Of a stretch of DNA of 64,000 nt, positions 36,780-50,270 are shown one piece after another. The notes beneath the pieces were generated by a model. That model searched no databases, had not been told where the DNA came from, and saw only the letters and a program-made list of their open reading frames with translations. Both the position numbers and the translations under genes were made by a program. Origin of the DNA: Felis catus. Lineage: Eukaryota. Location of the stretch: the NCBI RefSeq assembly GCF_018350175.1, contig NC_058369.1, positions 18,974,001 through 19,038,000 of the forward strand. Reading direction: 5' to 3'. Position 1 is the stretch's first letter. Each line of letters starts with the position of its first letter.

Positions 36780-37980
36780 TTTTGGTGACTGGATGAATAA
36801 ACTTTGGTATGTACATACAATGGAATACTATTCAACATTAAAAATGGATGAATTTCAGGTATTATACTAAGTAAAAGAAATCGGATTCCAAAGGCTACAT
36901 GCTGCATAAAAAGGAATGAAATACTGATACATGCTATAACTTGGATGAATCTTGAAAATATTGTGCTGAGTGAAAGAAGCTGGGCACAAAAGAGCACATA
37001 CTATCACATGATCCCGTTTTTTAAAGTGTTTATTTATTTTGAGAGAGAGCACACAGGAGCGGGGAAGGGCCAGAGAGAGGGAGAGAGAGCATGCCAAGCA
37101 AGCTTGGCACTGTCAGTGCAGAACATGATGTGGAGCTCAATCCCACAAACCGTGAGATCATGGCCTGAGTCTAAATCAAGAGCCGGAGGCCTAACCGACT
37201 GAGCCACCCAGGCACCCCTGATATGATCCCATTTATATCCAAAATAGACATATCTGTAGAAAAAGAAAGCAGAGTGGGTAATTTAGTTGTTACCAAGGGC
37301 TGGAGGAGGGGAAATGGAGAGTGACTGCTTAATGGGTATAAGGTTTCCTTTTGGGGTGATAAAAATGTTCTGAAAATAGATAGTGGGGATGGTTATATAA
37401 CGTGAATGTACTTAATACCACTGAATCGCATACTTTAAAATGGTTAAATGGTAAATATTATGTTATATGTATTTGATCTAATTTTTAAAAAGACTGTATA
37501 CAATATGATTCTATTTCTGTGACATTCTGGATAAAAGCAAAATGATAGGAATAGAAAATCGTGGTTGCCAGGGTGTTGGGGGAGGATTTGGAAAGTAGAA
37601 ACATGGCAATTTTGGGGCACAATGGAACTGTTCTGTATATAGGTTGTGGTAGTGTATCAATGTTAAATTCACCGAAATTGGTTAACTACTGTATCTAAGA
37701 GAATTTAAATAAGAGTAATAAGAGAATATCCTTATTAAGAAATAACTCGCTGAAGTTTTTAGGAGTGAAGGACCATGGTGTATACTTTTTTCTCTCATGT
37801 GGTTTAGGGAAAAATATGCATATGGAGAAGGGAGGAAGAGAATAATGATTAAATAGACACAACAGGATATGTCAGTAGCTGAGTTTGGGTAACAGGTGTA
37901 TGCATGTGTTTGTGCTATTATTCTTGCAACTTTTTTGTAACTTGGAAATTATTTTCAGTAAAAAGTTGAAAAACTGATAT
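36780..37980 (+). mobile_element. Old L1M 3' ends, nested, with a - Can-SINE (37017-37218)
   Basis: caatggaatactattca…, gatgaatcttgaaaatattgtgctgagtgaaagaagc…, ggggtgataaaaatgttctgaaa. Confidence 0.82.
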
Positions 37981-38286
37981 GCAACTGGGGTGCCTTGGGT
38001 GGCTTAGTCAATTAAGCATCCTACTTCGGCTCAGGTCATGATCTCACAGTTCGAGATTTTGAGCCCCCTGTCAGGCTCTGTGCTGACAGCTCAGATCCTG
38101 GAGCCTGCTTTGGATTCTTTGTCTTCCTCTCTCTCTACCCCTCCCCTCACTCATATTCTGTCTCTCTCAAAAATAAAACGTTAAAAAATTTTAAAAACCG
38201 ACATGCAACTGATATATTTTATTGTTAAATGATTAGAAATCTTGCAAGATAAAGACTACAGCGAACAGCTTCTGTGAACAATAGAG

Positions 38287-38470
38287 CAGTGGTTCTCCGA
38301 GTGGGTGCTGGACCAGCAGTGTCAGCACTACTTCAGACCTTGTTGAAATACAAATTCTCAGGCCTCACTTTAGACCTGCCAGATGATAAACTGGGGGTGA
38401 GGCCCAGCTATCTCTGCTTTAACAGGTGTTCCACTTGATTTTGATGTGCCCTGAATTGTGAGAACCACTG
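38287..38470. mobile_element. MER5A hAT DNA transposon, full length
   Basis: CAGTGGTTCTC … GAGAACCACTG terminal inverted repeats; aaattctcaggcc…gggggtgaggcccagc. Confidence 0.9.
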
Positions 38471-39016
38471 CATTAGATTGACTATGTTTATATTCTTTAT
38501 TCTAGAACTTTTTGGCACTATTTAAAAGAGACTTAGTAAGCAGGTACACTTTCTTTAAGTCAAAAAGACTAATGCTTTTGTGCTTTTGGAGCCTATGGCA
38601 AACACTTGCCTTGTCTGCCTCATGCCAGTTCTGCTGTACTGAGCTGGGGTGGGAGCTAGAGTAGGGTTGATGCTGTTTTATGACCTTAATTGTACTTTCT
38701 GTTTATGTAGCATATCTCCTCCAGAGATCTTGGAATGGTTGTAGATGTTCTCATTCTCAAAGTGTTTCTGTGACCTATGAATATAGAGAGAATTGCTCTT
38801 GGTTTTTAGATGGACTTACTACATACTATATTATATACAAACTTGCTGTGATACTTTTTCCAAAGGAATTTGTATTATTTAAGCAACAGATGACATAGTT
38901 TTTGGATTATGTTTCCCAATGTTTCTATGTTTGAGACATAGAAAGTAATTCATTTCTTCATAGAAGTGAATTCTTCAATTCACTGAAGTGTTACAGAATT
39001 ATTATTTAAAAATTGT

Positions 39017-42000
39017 TATTTATTTATTTATGTAATCTCTACACCCAATGTGGGGCTCGAATTCATGACCCTGAGACCAAGAGTCACACGCTCTTCTGAC
39101 TGAGCCAGCCAGGCACAATAGAATTATTGTAGTACTGTTTTATTAATCAGTATAGCAAAGATAGAAGGCTGATGGAAGTGGTGTTAGGAAGAAGGAGTAT
39201 CTTGCTTTGAATCTTTCAGTGTTCATTCATATAATGAATGGGTCCAATTTCTGTAACAGGCTCATATCCTGTCCTTTCATTTTGCACAATTGAAACGGTT
39301 TGAGGGTTTTTGTTCTTTTTTTTTTTTTTTTAACATTTATTCATTTTTGAGAGACAAGAGAGAGACAGAGCGCAAGCAGGGCTGGGGTGGAGAGAGAGGG
39401 AGACACAGAATCTAAGCAGGCTCCAGGCTCTGAGCTGTCAGCATAAAGCCCGATGCAGGGCTCGATTTCAAGATCTGTGAGATCACAACCTAAACCTAAA
39501 CTGAAGTCGGACGCTTAACTGACTGAGCCACCCAGGCGCCCCTAAAATGGTTTGAGTTTTTTTTTTTTTTTTAATTTTTTTTTCAACGTTTATTTATTTT
39601 TGCGACAGAGAGAGACAGAGCATGAACGGGGGAGGGGCAGAGAGAGAGGGAGACACAGAATCGGAAACAGGCTCCAGGCTCCGAGCCATCAGCCCAGAGC
39701 CCGACGCTGGGCTCGAACTCACGGACCGCGAGATCGTGACCTGGCTGAAGTCGGACGCTTAACCGACTGCGCCACCCAGGCACCCCATTATGACCATGTT
39801 GATAAAATAGAAGTTTTAAGAAAAGAAAAACCCAGAGACAATCTGTCACTTCAGGGGCAGAAGTCCATTATGAAATGAATTGACACTGATACAAAACATG
39901 TATAGTTTATGGTAATTCAAATGGGGTACCTAAAGACGCAATAGCTTAACATCATTTAGAAAAAGTGAGTTGGAAAGTGCAAATGAACATTTTTTTACAT
40001 TATTTTTGGCATTTATAGAATAGACAAGTAAATAGTTTTAGTTTTTAAGGAAATACCATAGGCTAATTGGAAAATATCACATTTACTTGTCAATTTGTGA
40101 AACTGAAGAAGGTGTTGTTTTCAACCAGGAATCTTAATTAGGTTTGGTTCCACATTTGGGAAAGATGTTTACTGAGAAGCCTTAGGCAAAGGTGGCAGAT
40201 CTTTAAAAACAGGAATGCCTAGGAAGCCAAGGGACACCTTTTAGGGCTGGATGAGTCTTGTGGAGGTAGTCGATAGACCCTGTGGCCAAGTGCAGACAAC
40301 ACACCTAGAGGAGAATCCCATGTGATGCTGGAGGGGTCAGGTAAGTGTGGGGAGAGGTGAATGCAACTAGAATTAATTTTAGTCTTGTTTGGAATTACCT
40401 GGGATTTGCCTTATTTTTATTTGAGGGAGAGAGAATGTGTGAGAGGAGGAGAGAGAGGATTTCTTTTTTTTTGTTGAGTTTTTTAAATTTATTTTGAGAG
40501 ACAGCGCGAACAGGGGAGGGGCAGAGAGAGAGAGGAAGAGAGAGAATCCTAAGCAGACTCTGTGCTGTCAGTGCAGAGCTCGATGTGAGGCTTGAACTCA
40601 TGAACCGTGAGATCATGACTTGAGCCAAAACCAAGAGACAGATGCTTAATCAACTGAGCCACCCAGGTGCCCTCAGAGAGAGAATCTTAACCAGGCTCCA
40701 CGCTCAGCATGGAGACACGTGGGGCTCAATTCCTTGACCCTGGGATCATGACCTGAGCTGAAATCGAGAGTTGGACACTCAATTGACTGAGCCACCCAGG
40801 TTGCCCTGCCTTCATTTTTTTAAGTTTCCTGCCCTAAAGACTGAATGGAAGGTTCTGTTAGAGAGCGTGGGTGGTTTGTGACCCTTACCCTCATTTGAGG
40901 GGGTTACCTGTCATATGAGAGATAGCACTTCCTGTGCCTTTGGTTGGTTAGTAGAAACTCATGGAAGAGTTTCTTCTGCTGGAGTAGCAAGAATAAAAGG
41001 GTCATTAATCAGCCTGAATAGCGCAGCAGCCTGGTTGACTCCCAGCTTCAGTCCAGGTAGGAAAAGTCATTTATACAGTTACCTTCAATAGGCAGAAGAT
41101 AGAGGCCATCCATACAAACTGTTTACAGGGTATAAAAGTACATTGGTGGGGCACCTGGGTGGCTTAATCTGTTGAGCATCCGACTTTGGCTCAGGTCGTG
41201 ATCTTGCGGTTCTGGAGTTCGAGCCCTGTGTCAGGCTCTGTGCATATAAAATTAAAAATATATATATTGGCTTCTTCCTTTAACTTTCCCCTTGCACAAG
41301 AACATCTCTTCTGTGTTCACCTTTCCTAGCTTAAATTCTCTACCCTCAGAATGTAAATTAAAGCAGTATTTACCTGCTTCCATGTTTCTTATTTTTTCAC
41401 TTCTAATTTACACGTAAGCTTTCTTGGAATTACATAGTGGCACTACTTTCTGAATATACATACCACTGAATTGTACACTTTATTTTAAGTTTATTTATTT
41501 TCAGGCAGAGTGTGCCAGTGGGGGAGAGGCAGAGAGAGAATCCCAAGCAGACTCCACACTGTCAGCGAAGAGCCGGAGGTGGGGCTTAAATTCAGGAACT
41601 ATGAGATCATGACCTGAGCTGAAGTCAGATGCTTAACTGACTGAGCTACCCAGGCACCCTTGTTTTATTTTTACTATTTTAAAAATTTTAACATTTATTT
41701 ATTATTGAGAGACAGAAACAGAGCATGAGCATGGGAGGGGCAGAGAGGAGGAGACACAGAATCTGAAGCAGGCTCCAGTCTCCGAGCTGCCAGCACAGAG
41801 CCCAAAGTGGGGCTCGAACCCACGGACTGTGAGATCATGACCCGAGCCGAAGTCGGATACTCAACCGACTGAGCCACCCAGGTGCCCCTTTAAGATTTTA
41901 TTTTTAAGTAATCTCGACAGCCAATGCGGGGCTTGAACCCACAGCCTCGAGACCAAGAGTTGCATGCTCCACCAATTAAGCTGTCCAGGGAGCCCCTGAA

Positions 42001-43660
42001 TTGTATACTTTAAAAGGTTGTATTTTATGGTATGAATTACATCTCAGTTTTAGAAGCTAAACCTTCTTAAAAATCAGTTGACAAGTCATATAAAGATTGA
42101 TTTCTTAAAAGCATTTTCATGAGTATATAGAATATTTACCAAGTTTCAGCACAGATGTTAATGGCCTACTGACTGGTACTTGTAGAGTTCATAATTAATT
42201 GTTCCTAGTCTCAGTTCAGTTCATTATGCTGTGCTTAGAAAATGTTGTTATAGGGGCGCCTGGGTGGCGCAGTTGGTTAAGCGTCCGACTTCAGCCAGGT
42301 CACGATCTCGCGGTCCGTGAGTTCGAGCCCCGCGTCGGGCTCTGGGCTGATGGCTCGGAGCCTGGAGCCTGTTTCCGATTCTGTGTCTCCCTCTCTCTCT
42401 GCCCCTCCCCCGTTCATGCTCTGTCTCTCTCTGTCCCAAAAAAAAAAAAAAAAAAAAGTTGAAAAAAAAGAAAATGTTATATTTTCATCTCCCTCTCTTT
42501 TTTTAATCATTTAAAAATTGGGGTGCCTGGGTGGCTCAGTCGGTTCAGCGTCCGACTTCAGCTCAGGTCACGATCTCACGGTCCGTGAGTTCGAGCCCCG
42601 CGTTGGGCTCTGGGCTGATGGCTCAGAGCCTGGAGCCTGCTTCCGATTCTGTGTCTCCCTCTCTCTCTAACCCTCCCCCGTTCATGCTCTGTCTCTCTCT
42701 GTCTCAAAAATAAATAAACTTAAAAAAAAAATTTTTTTTTTTAAATAAAACAACACCCTATAACCTAGAAAAGCTTATGATTCATTCTTTGGTGTTACCT
42801 ACCAAGAGTGAGTGCAAGCAGGGGAGGGGCAGAGGGAGAGAGAGAGAATCTTAAGCAGGCTCCACACTCTGTGCAGATGCTGATGCAGGGCTTGATCTGA
42901 GCTGAAATCAAGAGTCAGACACCCAGCAGAGAGCCACCCCCTTTTTAATCAAGAGTCACACACTACTGAATGAGCCAGCCAGGCGCCTCTGTGCCATTCT
43001 GGTTAGTATATGGCTCTACCTTTGAAAATACTGGACAGTGTTCAGTGTTATTGTTTATTGATTTATTTATCCAAGTAATACCTATAGCATGTTGTGGTGC
43101 AGAGGATATGCTGGCCGTCATGAGTATTGTAATCTTTGACTTTAGAGACTTCAGTTTCTGTGGAAAATGGGTATATGGGATGAGTGTTCTGTATTCCTCT
43201 TCTGACTAGGCCACAGAATCTTGTAAATCAATTAAGGGATCTGGGATAATCAATCAAAGGAATCTGGGAGTTCTCATGCATCATGGGTTCTTTTGGCTTT
43301 AAGTTTGAAGTTTACTACTCTGGGTAACTTGATGAAAAAATGTTCAGTTATTTTAATCCTAAAGTTGTTAGAGGATGGCAAACATAGGACTTTTAGAGGC
43401 AATAGGCTTTAAAAAAGAGTAACACCTAGGGGTGCCTGGGTGGCTCAGTCAGTTAAGCGTTCAACTTCGGCTCAGGTCATGATCTCGTGGTTCGTGAGTT
43501 TGATCCCCACATTGGGCTCTGTACTGACAGCTCGGAGCCTGGAGCCTGCTTCGGATTCTGTGTCTCCCTCTCTCTGCTCCTCCCCTGCTCATGCTCTGTC
43601 TCTCTCTCTCTCTCTCCTTCAAAAATAAATAAAAACGTTAAAAAATATATAAAAAAGAAT
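39017..43660. mobile_element. Dense Can-SINE field (about 13 copies; young copies at - 39557-39786, + 42253-42469, + 42520-42730)
   Basis: Repeated heads, CT/GA tracts and tails; nested pair at 40415-40807. Confidence 0.88.
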
Positions 43661-43869
43661 AACACCTAAATGAATGTTTGGAGGTAATTATTGGTCAGAG
43701 AGGTCAGTAAATAATTGTTAACAACCTTCCCTAATTTTCAGAGGAGGTAAAATAAAATAGGACTCTGCATGGATGTTACAGGAAGTGATCAGACAAAAAG
43801 TAGAGACAATTGTACACAGATGCATGTGGATGCTTTCACTTACCTGGAAACTTTCCAGATCTTACCATT

Positions 43870-44408
43870 GAGGGGTTTTTATGGAGGTTCCATTATGCAG
43901 GCATTGTTTAAATCTTTGACCTGCTGGTGATTAGCTTAAATTCCAGCTCCTTTCCCCTCCCTACAAATTGAGGGGTGGGAGTGGTGAGGCCAAAAGTTCT
44001 AAGCTTGCTTTTATTTATTTATTTGTTTATTTATTTTTGAGAGAGTGTGGGTGGGGGGAGGGGCAGAAAGAGAGGGGGAACAGAGGATCTGCAGCAGGCT
44101 CCCCGCTGACAGCAGTGAGCCTGATGCAGGGCTTGAACCCACAAACTGCAAGGTCATGACCTGCACCAAAGTTGGACACTCAACCAACTGAACCACCCAG
44201 GCGCCCCCAAAGGTTCCAAGCTTGTAATCAAAGCTTGGACAGTTTGATCACCAGGCCCCATCCTGATGCTGTCTAGGAGCCTGCCAAGAGTCACCTCATT
44301 AGAACAAAAGACATCATATCACCCTATTACTCAGAAAATTCCAAGGGTTTTAGAAACTCCATGCCAGGAAACTGGAACAGAGACCCAATATCTTTCTATA
44401 TTACCACA
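43870..44408. mobile_element. MER21-type LTR split by a - Can-SINE (44010-44207)
   Basis: ggtttttatggaggttccattat…agtcacctcattagaacaaaagac…ttccaagggttttag…tattaccaca. Confidence 0.8.
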
Positions 44409-44939
44409 GATGGGGCTCTCAAAGGTGGATCTGGCTGGTATCCAGTAAATTTAGTTGGGCATCAGTTTTCTGTTATAAGGCATAGGTGACCTAGGCTTAT
44501 GATCTGGTCAAAATGTGAGTCTCACAGAATGCCAGTTGTTTGACCCTTCTCTGGATGCTATTTTACTTCTGGAATAGGTGAGAGGCTGGGCCCGTGTGAT
44601 CTGTTAATTTGAGCAACTTCTAGCTCAGAAGCCATTATCTTTGTGGAACTTCCCAGAGCCCATTAGAACAGTGTTGAGTTGTCCTCTAATTTGGCACTAG
44701 GGCCAAGGCAATGGGAAAAAAGCTGATTGGGACATATTTTCCTCCCACTTGAAATGAAAACAGCTTTGTGATCTGTGGGAGAAGCAGGTATATTCTTAGC
44801 ATCAACTAGAAATCAGTGCTAAAATGTTAATATTGGGGCACATATGAGGAACAGCAACACAGGTACTGTTTGATCTTTAGTCTCTAATAATGCTTTGTTC
44901 TTTATTTTTCTTTTTTAATTTTTTTAATGTTTGTTTATT

Positions 44940-44989
<50 letters not shown>

Positions 44990-45839
44990 ACCGAGTGCGA
45001 GCAGGGAAGGGGCAGAGAGGGAGACAGAATTTGAAGCAGGCTCCAGGCTCTGAGCTGTCAGCACAGAGCCCCATGTGGGGCTCAAACCCATGAACTGTGA
45101 GCTCATGACCTGAGCTGAGGTCAGACACTTAACCAACTGAGCCACCCCGGCGTCCCCCTAATGCTTTGTAATAGAAGCACAGGGGTACTGAAATGCACTC
45201 CTGAAACCACTCTGCAAAGAAGTTACCATCATTGCAACTTGGTGTATGGATAACCCAAGCCCAGAGAGAAGTGGCTTGACTGGGAGCTTGTGGTGAGTTA
45301 GCTTCTGCATATATACACACTGTAGAAGTTACTTTTCTTGTGTCTTGCTCCAGTGAAGATACTCATTACAATTGATGTGGTGTTGACTGAGCAGCACCAT
45401 GTACCAGGTATTATGCTAGTGTTGGGGATGTAGGAATGAAAAGACGTCACCCCTAATCTGGGACTTCTCTTGTTCTGGGATTATCTCTACATGGGCAGTT
45501 TGCTACAGCATTCAGTGGTGCTGCTCCTCTCTTCAGTGATCCTTTAGCCACACTTACACGATCTTTCCTGCCAGGATAGAGTGTTACTGGCTGGGGAAAA
45601 AAGTAGATCTGCAGAGGTTCCTCTTTTACTCCAGCTGTTCGCTCTGTAGATTGTTTGTTTTCAAGTGAACAAAAATTGAACTAGATCATTGGCTTTGTAA
45701 AGAATAATTGTTCCCAGGGGCTCCTGGCTGGCTCAGTTGGAAGAGCATGTGACTCTTGATCTTGGGATTTTGAGTTTTAGCCCCATATTGAGTGTAGAGA
45801 TTACGTAAATAAATAAAGTTAAAAAAAAAAAATTGTGCC

Positions 45840-46095
45840 CAGATAAGTAAGTCCTGAGGATGTAATGTATATCATGATGACTGTAGTTAACAGTACTGTT
45901 TTGTATATTTGAAAGTTGCTAAGAGAATAGATCTTAAAAGTTCTCAAGAAAAAAAAATTGGTAACTGTATGTGGTGATGGGTATTAATTATAAACTTATT
46001 GTAGTAATCATTTTGCAGTATACACATATATTGAACCATTATGTTGTGTACCTAAAACCAACACAATGTTATGTAATTCTGTCTCAATAAAAAAT
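45840..46095 (+). mobile_element. L1MA-type 3' end
   Basis: atttgaaagttgctaagagaatagatcttaaaagttctca…tgtctcaataaaaaa. Confidence 0.85.
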
Positions 46096-46587
46096 AATAA
46101 TTGTTTCCTTTTCTGACTTATATAGCATCTTGAGGTAGTCTATGCCTGTCTGTTTTATAAGTCTTCCTTTAGACCAGACTCTCTGAGGGCAAGGACCCTC
46201 CTCTTCCTCCATGCTTACATAGCATTATTAATGTCATTGGAATTGAAATGAATTAAATAAGGGTGAGAATTTCCTAACAAATGGTATCCCGGGGCCAGAG
46301 AACCATCATAAGGATGAAGTGACCCTAAGATTAATTTTGAACTTTGAAAACTACTTGAAAATGAAACCCACCCCCATTTTTTTTTCTTTTATAATCAGTT
46401 GGCACGGATGGAGCACTAAATAAAATAGAACCATATGCAGTTTTAAAAAATTTAGCAAGTAATCATGAGTGGGTATCTTCCTTGTTTCATCTTTTTCTGT
46501 TAGAAACCAGCAACCCTTATGTGCATAGTTGAGGGGGAGAGGATTGAAAGTGCTTATAAGATGTCAATGTAATGAATTTCATAGGTC

Positions 46588-46619
<32 letters not shown>

Positions 46620-48514
46620 AATGTTTGTTTATTTTGAAAGAACATGATTGGGGGAGGGACAGAGACGGCGGGGGGGGGGGGGGGTGGAGAGAATCCCAAG
46701 CAGCCTCCTTGCTCAGCACAGAACCTGAGGCGGGGCTTGATCTCAGGAACAGGAGATCGTGACCTGAGCCAAAATCCAGAGTTAGACGCTTAACCTACCA
46801 AGCCACCCAGGGGCCCCTCCTGGGTCCAATTCTATTCTTCCCACATGATAGGTTGACATATAAATCAGATATTTTCCTAATTTTTATAATGCAAGCTGCA
46901 GGTGCATATTCACCTGAGGGTTTAGCAGGGCAAAGTACCTCTTAGAAATCTTGCACACCGGCCTCTTTTGGTATATTATTCCCATTGATAGGAATTCAAA
47001 TACCTGGATCAGTTCTGTTTTGGTTTTTGTTAAAATCTCTAACTTGATAATATTTTACTTCTAAAAACCTGTAGCCCCAATGAAATGGAATTACGAAAAT
47101 AGGACCTTTAGCCCTCTTGAATCTCTATTAAGATTTGTCATGGTGTTTTTTATATTCATAATGCTTTGTTCTCACAGAAATAATAATCCTTGTTTAGAGA
47201 AAAAAAAATGTGTTTTCTTTTCCTCAGAGATACCCAATAAAATAAAGAAACCTCTTTGCCCCTCTATGTCTTCTTTTTGTTTTTTAATTATTATTCCAGT
47301 ATAGATTCAAGTGTAGAATATAGTGATTCAACAATTCTATACGTTGTACTCAGTGTTCATCATGATTCCCCGCTGCCTATGTCCTTTAAAATCCTTTAAA
47401 ATTCTTTTTACATTTCATAGTTGGTATGTATATTCCAGGCTTTATCAAAGTCACTTAGTCCTCCTAATGGGGAATTGAGCCAGAATTGTTTATGTTAGTT
47501 GAGTTTTTCTAGACTAGTTTGAATGTAGGGCTGCTCATCTCATTTGCTTAAATAAGTATTGCTGTGTAATTGTTACAAAAGCATGGTTTGGTATAGACAT
47601 TACAGTTGACTTGAACAATTGAGGGCCATCTTTGTCAGTGTCTCTGAGTCAGCTTTTTTAGGAGTAGAGACTAAAAGATACTGTATATTATTTGTCAGGG
47701 CTTTGTTTTCTGTACTTTTTAAGCACCTTATTAATAAGCACTTATTAAGCACCTGGTTAGTTTTTATCACAGGTACTTTTTTGGAGAATAGACAACCACG
47801 TGATTAGTGAATATGAAGAAGAATTGAAATTTTATTTATTTTTTTTATTAAAAAGTTATTTTTTAATGTTTATTTTTGAGAGAGAGGAAGACACAGAATC
47901 TGAAGCAGACTTCAGGCTCTGAGCTGCCAGTACAGAGCCCAATGCAGGGCTCGAACCCACAAACCATGAGATCATGATCTGAGCTGAAGTCGGATGCTTA
48001 ACCAACTAACCCACCCAGGTGCCCCAAGAATTGAAATTTTAATGTTGCCTTTATAAATTTCCTTCTCTTTCCCTGTTCTCATCCTCCTCAGCTGCCCAAA
48101 AAACAAAACTAAACTAAAAAACCAAACCTGTAAGGAGCACTCATATTTCTTTTAGAAATCTACACATTTGGAATAGAAAATGGAGTAAAATACACTTTTT
48201 AATAGTCCTATAAATAAGTGCAAAGACCCATCAGGCCACCAGGCTTCTTCCAGCATGTGGTGGTAGAAGAAAAACGTAATAAAAGAATTTTTTACACTTT
48301 AGGTAAGAATCTTTTTGTGGGACTGTTAACACTGAGTTTATCATCTTAATGATTCCAAATGGTTCCTAGCAATTCTGAATGCAAAGTTTGTTGGTTGTTT
48401 TCAGAATGTTTAGGTCTGTGGTGGAACAGGTCTACTAGAACTTTTTCTGTGAATTATAAAAAAATCCCCAATTATCCCACTATAACAATACAACCATTGT
48501 AATCATGTTCATGT

Positions 48515-49224
48515 ACAGTTGTGTTGCATTACATCATTTTCAAATTTCACCTGTGCTTGCTCAACCCCTCTCTACAACCCCATCTTCCCTCTCATGAAGT
48601 GAGCATGAGAGGTGGGATGTGACTCGGTCGTGGCTTCAGTTGGTCTCTGTATCCAAGTTTCTCTAAGTGTGAGCATTCACTGTGCTAGCTGTGATTCTGT
48701 TATTTAAAGTGATATGTTTTTCATACATTATGGCCCTTAAATGCAAGCCAGCCTCTTCATCTGGTGTCAACCAAAAGAAAAGCGATCTGTTGCAACGCTG
48801 GAGGAAAAACTGGCAGTGTTGGACTTAACCTATATTGAGAGATGGTATGTTGTTCTTCACGTTGGGGTGTTCGAGTATGATTTTGACAATGCATGGTTTT
48901 CATCTCATATGCGGACTTTATGTCTAACCTAGGAGTTAGATGCAACTTCATTGTGTTTAATTCTGGTTCTTTTTCCTATACACGTTTTATATAACTGTCC
49001 TCATTTTTGAAACCTTTAAAATATGTTATATTAAGTTTCCTATATCAAGTGTCTTACTGTATTGTAATTTTTGTAACCATCATTACAAGAGTTTCAGGTT
49101 TTTGTCTTTGCAGAAGACTTTTGGTAGCCAGTATAGCAGTCCATGAGTGCGAATGCTTTCTAACTTGCATACTCAGGCCCACTCAAAAGGTTTTGCTATA
49201 GGTATTTTAGAGTAAGGATAACTG
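48515..49224 (+). mobile_element. Ancient Tigger-family element with transposase N-terminus remnant
   Basis: TA|CAGTT start; QPKEKRSVATLEEKLAVLDL resembles the CENP-B/Tigger HTH start. Confidence 0.6.
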
Positions 49225-49244
49225 GTATGCTGATTTCAGTATTT

Positions 49245-49292
49245 CTTTATTTCATTTTATGTTATTTTAAGTTTATTTATTTATTTATTTTC

Positions 49293-49324
<32 letters not shown>

Positions 49325-49892
49325 ATCCCAAGCAGGCTCCACACTGTCAGTGCTGAGCCTGATGTGGGACTCGAATTCATAAACTGAGAGATCATGACCT
49401 GAGCTGAAATCAAGAGTTGGACACTTAATTGACTGAGCCACCCAAGCACCCAAATTTTATTTTATTTTAGAGAGGGAGGGAGGGAGAGAGAGAGAGAATG
49501 GGAGAGAGGGAGGGAGGGAGGGGGAGAGAAGGAGAGAATCCCAAGCAGGCTCCACACTGACAGCATGGAGCCTGATAGGGGGCTTGAACTCACAAAATGA
49601 GATCATGACTTGAGCTGAAGTCAGATGCTTAACTGACTGAGCCACTCAAGCACCCAGATCTCAGTATTTCTTTTTTTCTTTCTTTCTTTTTTTTTTTTTA
49701 ACGTTTATTTATTTTTGAGACAGAGCATGAACGGGGGAGGGGCAGAGAGAGAGGGAGACACAGAATCGGAAGCAGGCTCCAGGCTCTGAGCCATCAGCCC
49801 AGAGCCCGACGCGGGGCTTGAACCCACGGACTGCGAGATCGTGACCTGAGCTGAAGTCGGACGCTTAACCGACTGAGCCACCCAGGCGCCCC
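49245..49892 (-). mobile_element. Three stacked Can-SINEs
   Basis: Heads end at ~49451, ~49655 and 49892; TCAGTATTTCTT target present three times. Confidence 0.92.
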
Positions 49893-50014
49893 CAGATCTC
49901 AGTATTTCTTAACGATAGACACGGTCTTATCTGTCTGTACCCTTTCTGTGATTGGGCTCTGTAAAATTCAGAATTCAGATTATCTGTATCACTCTTGGAT
50001 TTTATTAAAAGGTG

Positions 50015-50270
50015 AGAGGCTATTCAGTGTAGCAGTTAACAGCATCGATTTGAATTTGTACTGCCTGGCTCTGAGCCCATATTGCTACTTACCATTGAGG
50101 TGATTTTAAGCAAATTACTTATTTCTTTGCCTATTTCCCTATGCCTATAACCCCATGAACTTAATAGTACTTACCTCATAGGGTAGTCTTGTGAGGATTA
50201 AATTAGTGTATGTAAAGTGTTTCGAGTGCAGCCTTGCACCAACAAGTGCTACGTAAGTATTAGTATTGTC
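50015..50270 (+). mobile_element. MIR
   Basis: …gattttaagcaaattactt…atagtacttacctcatagggtagtcttgtgaggattaaattag. Confidence 0.8.
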
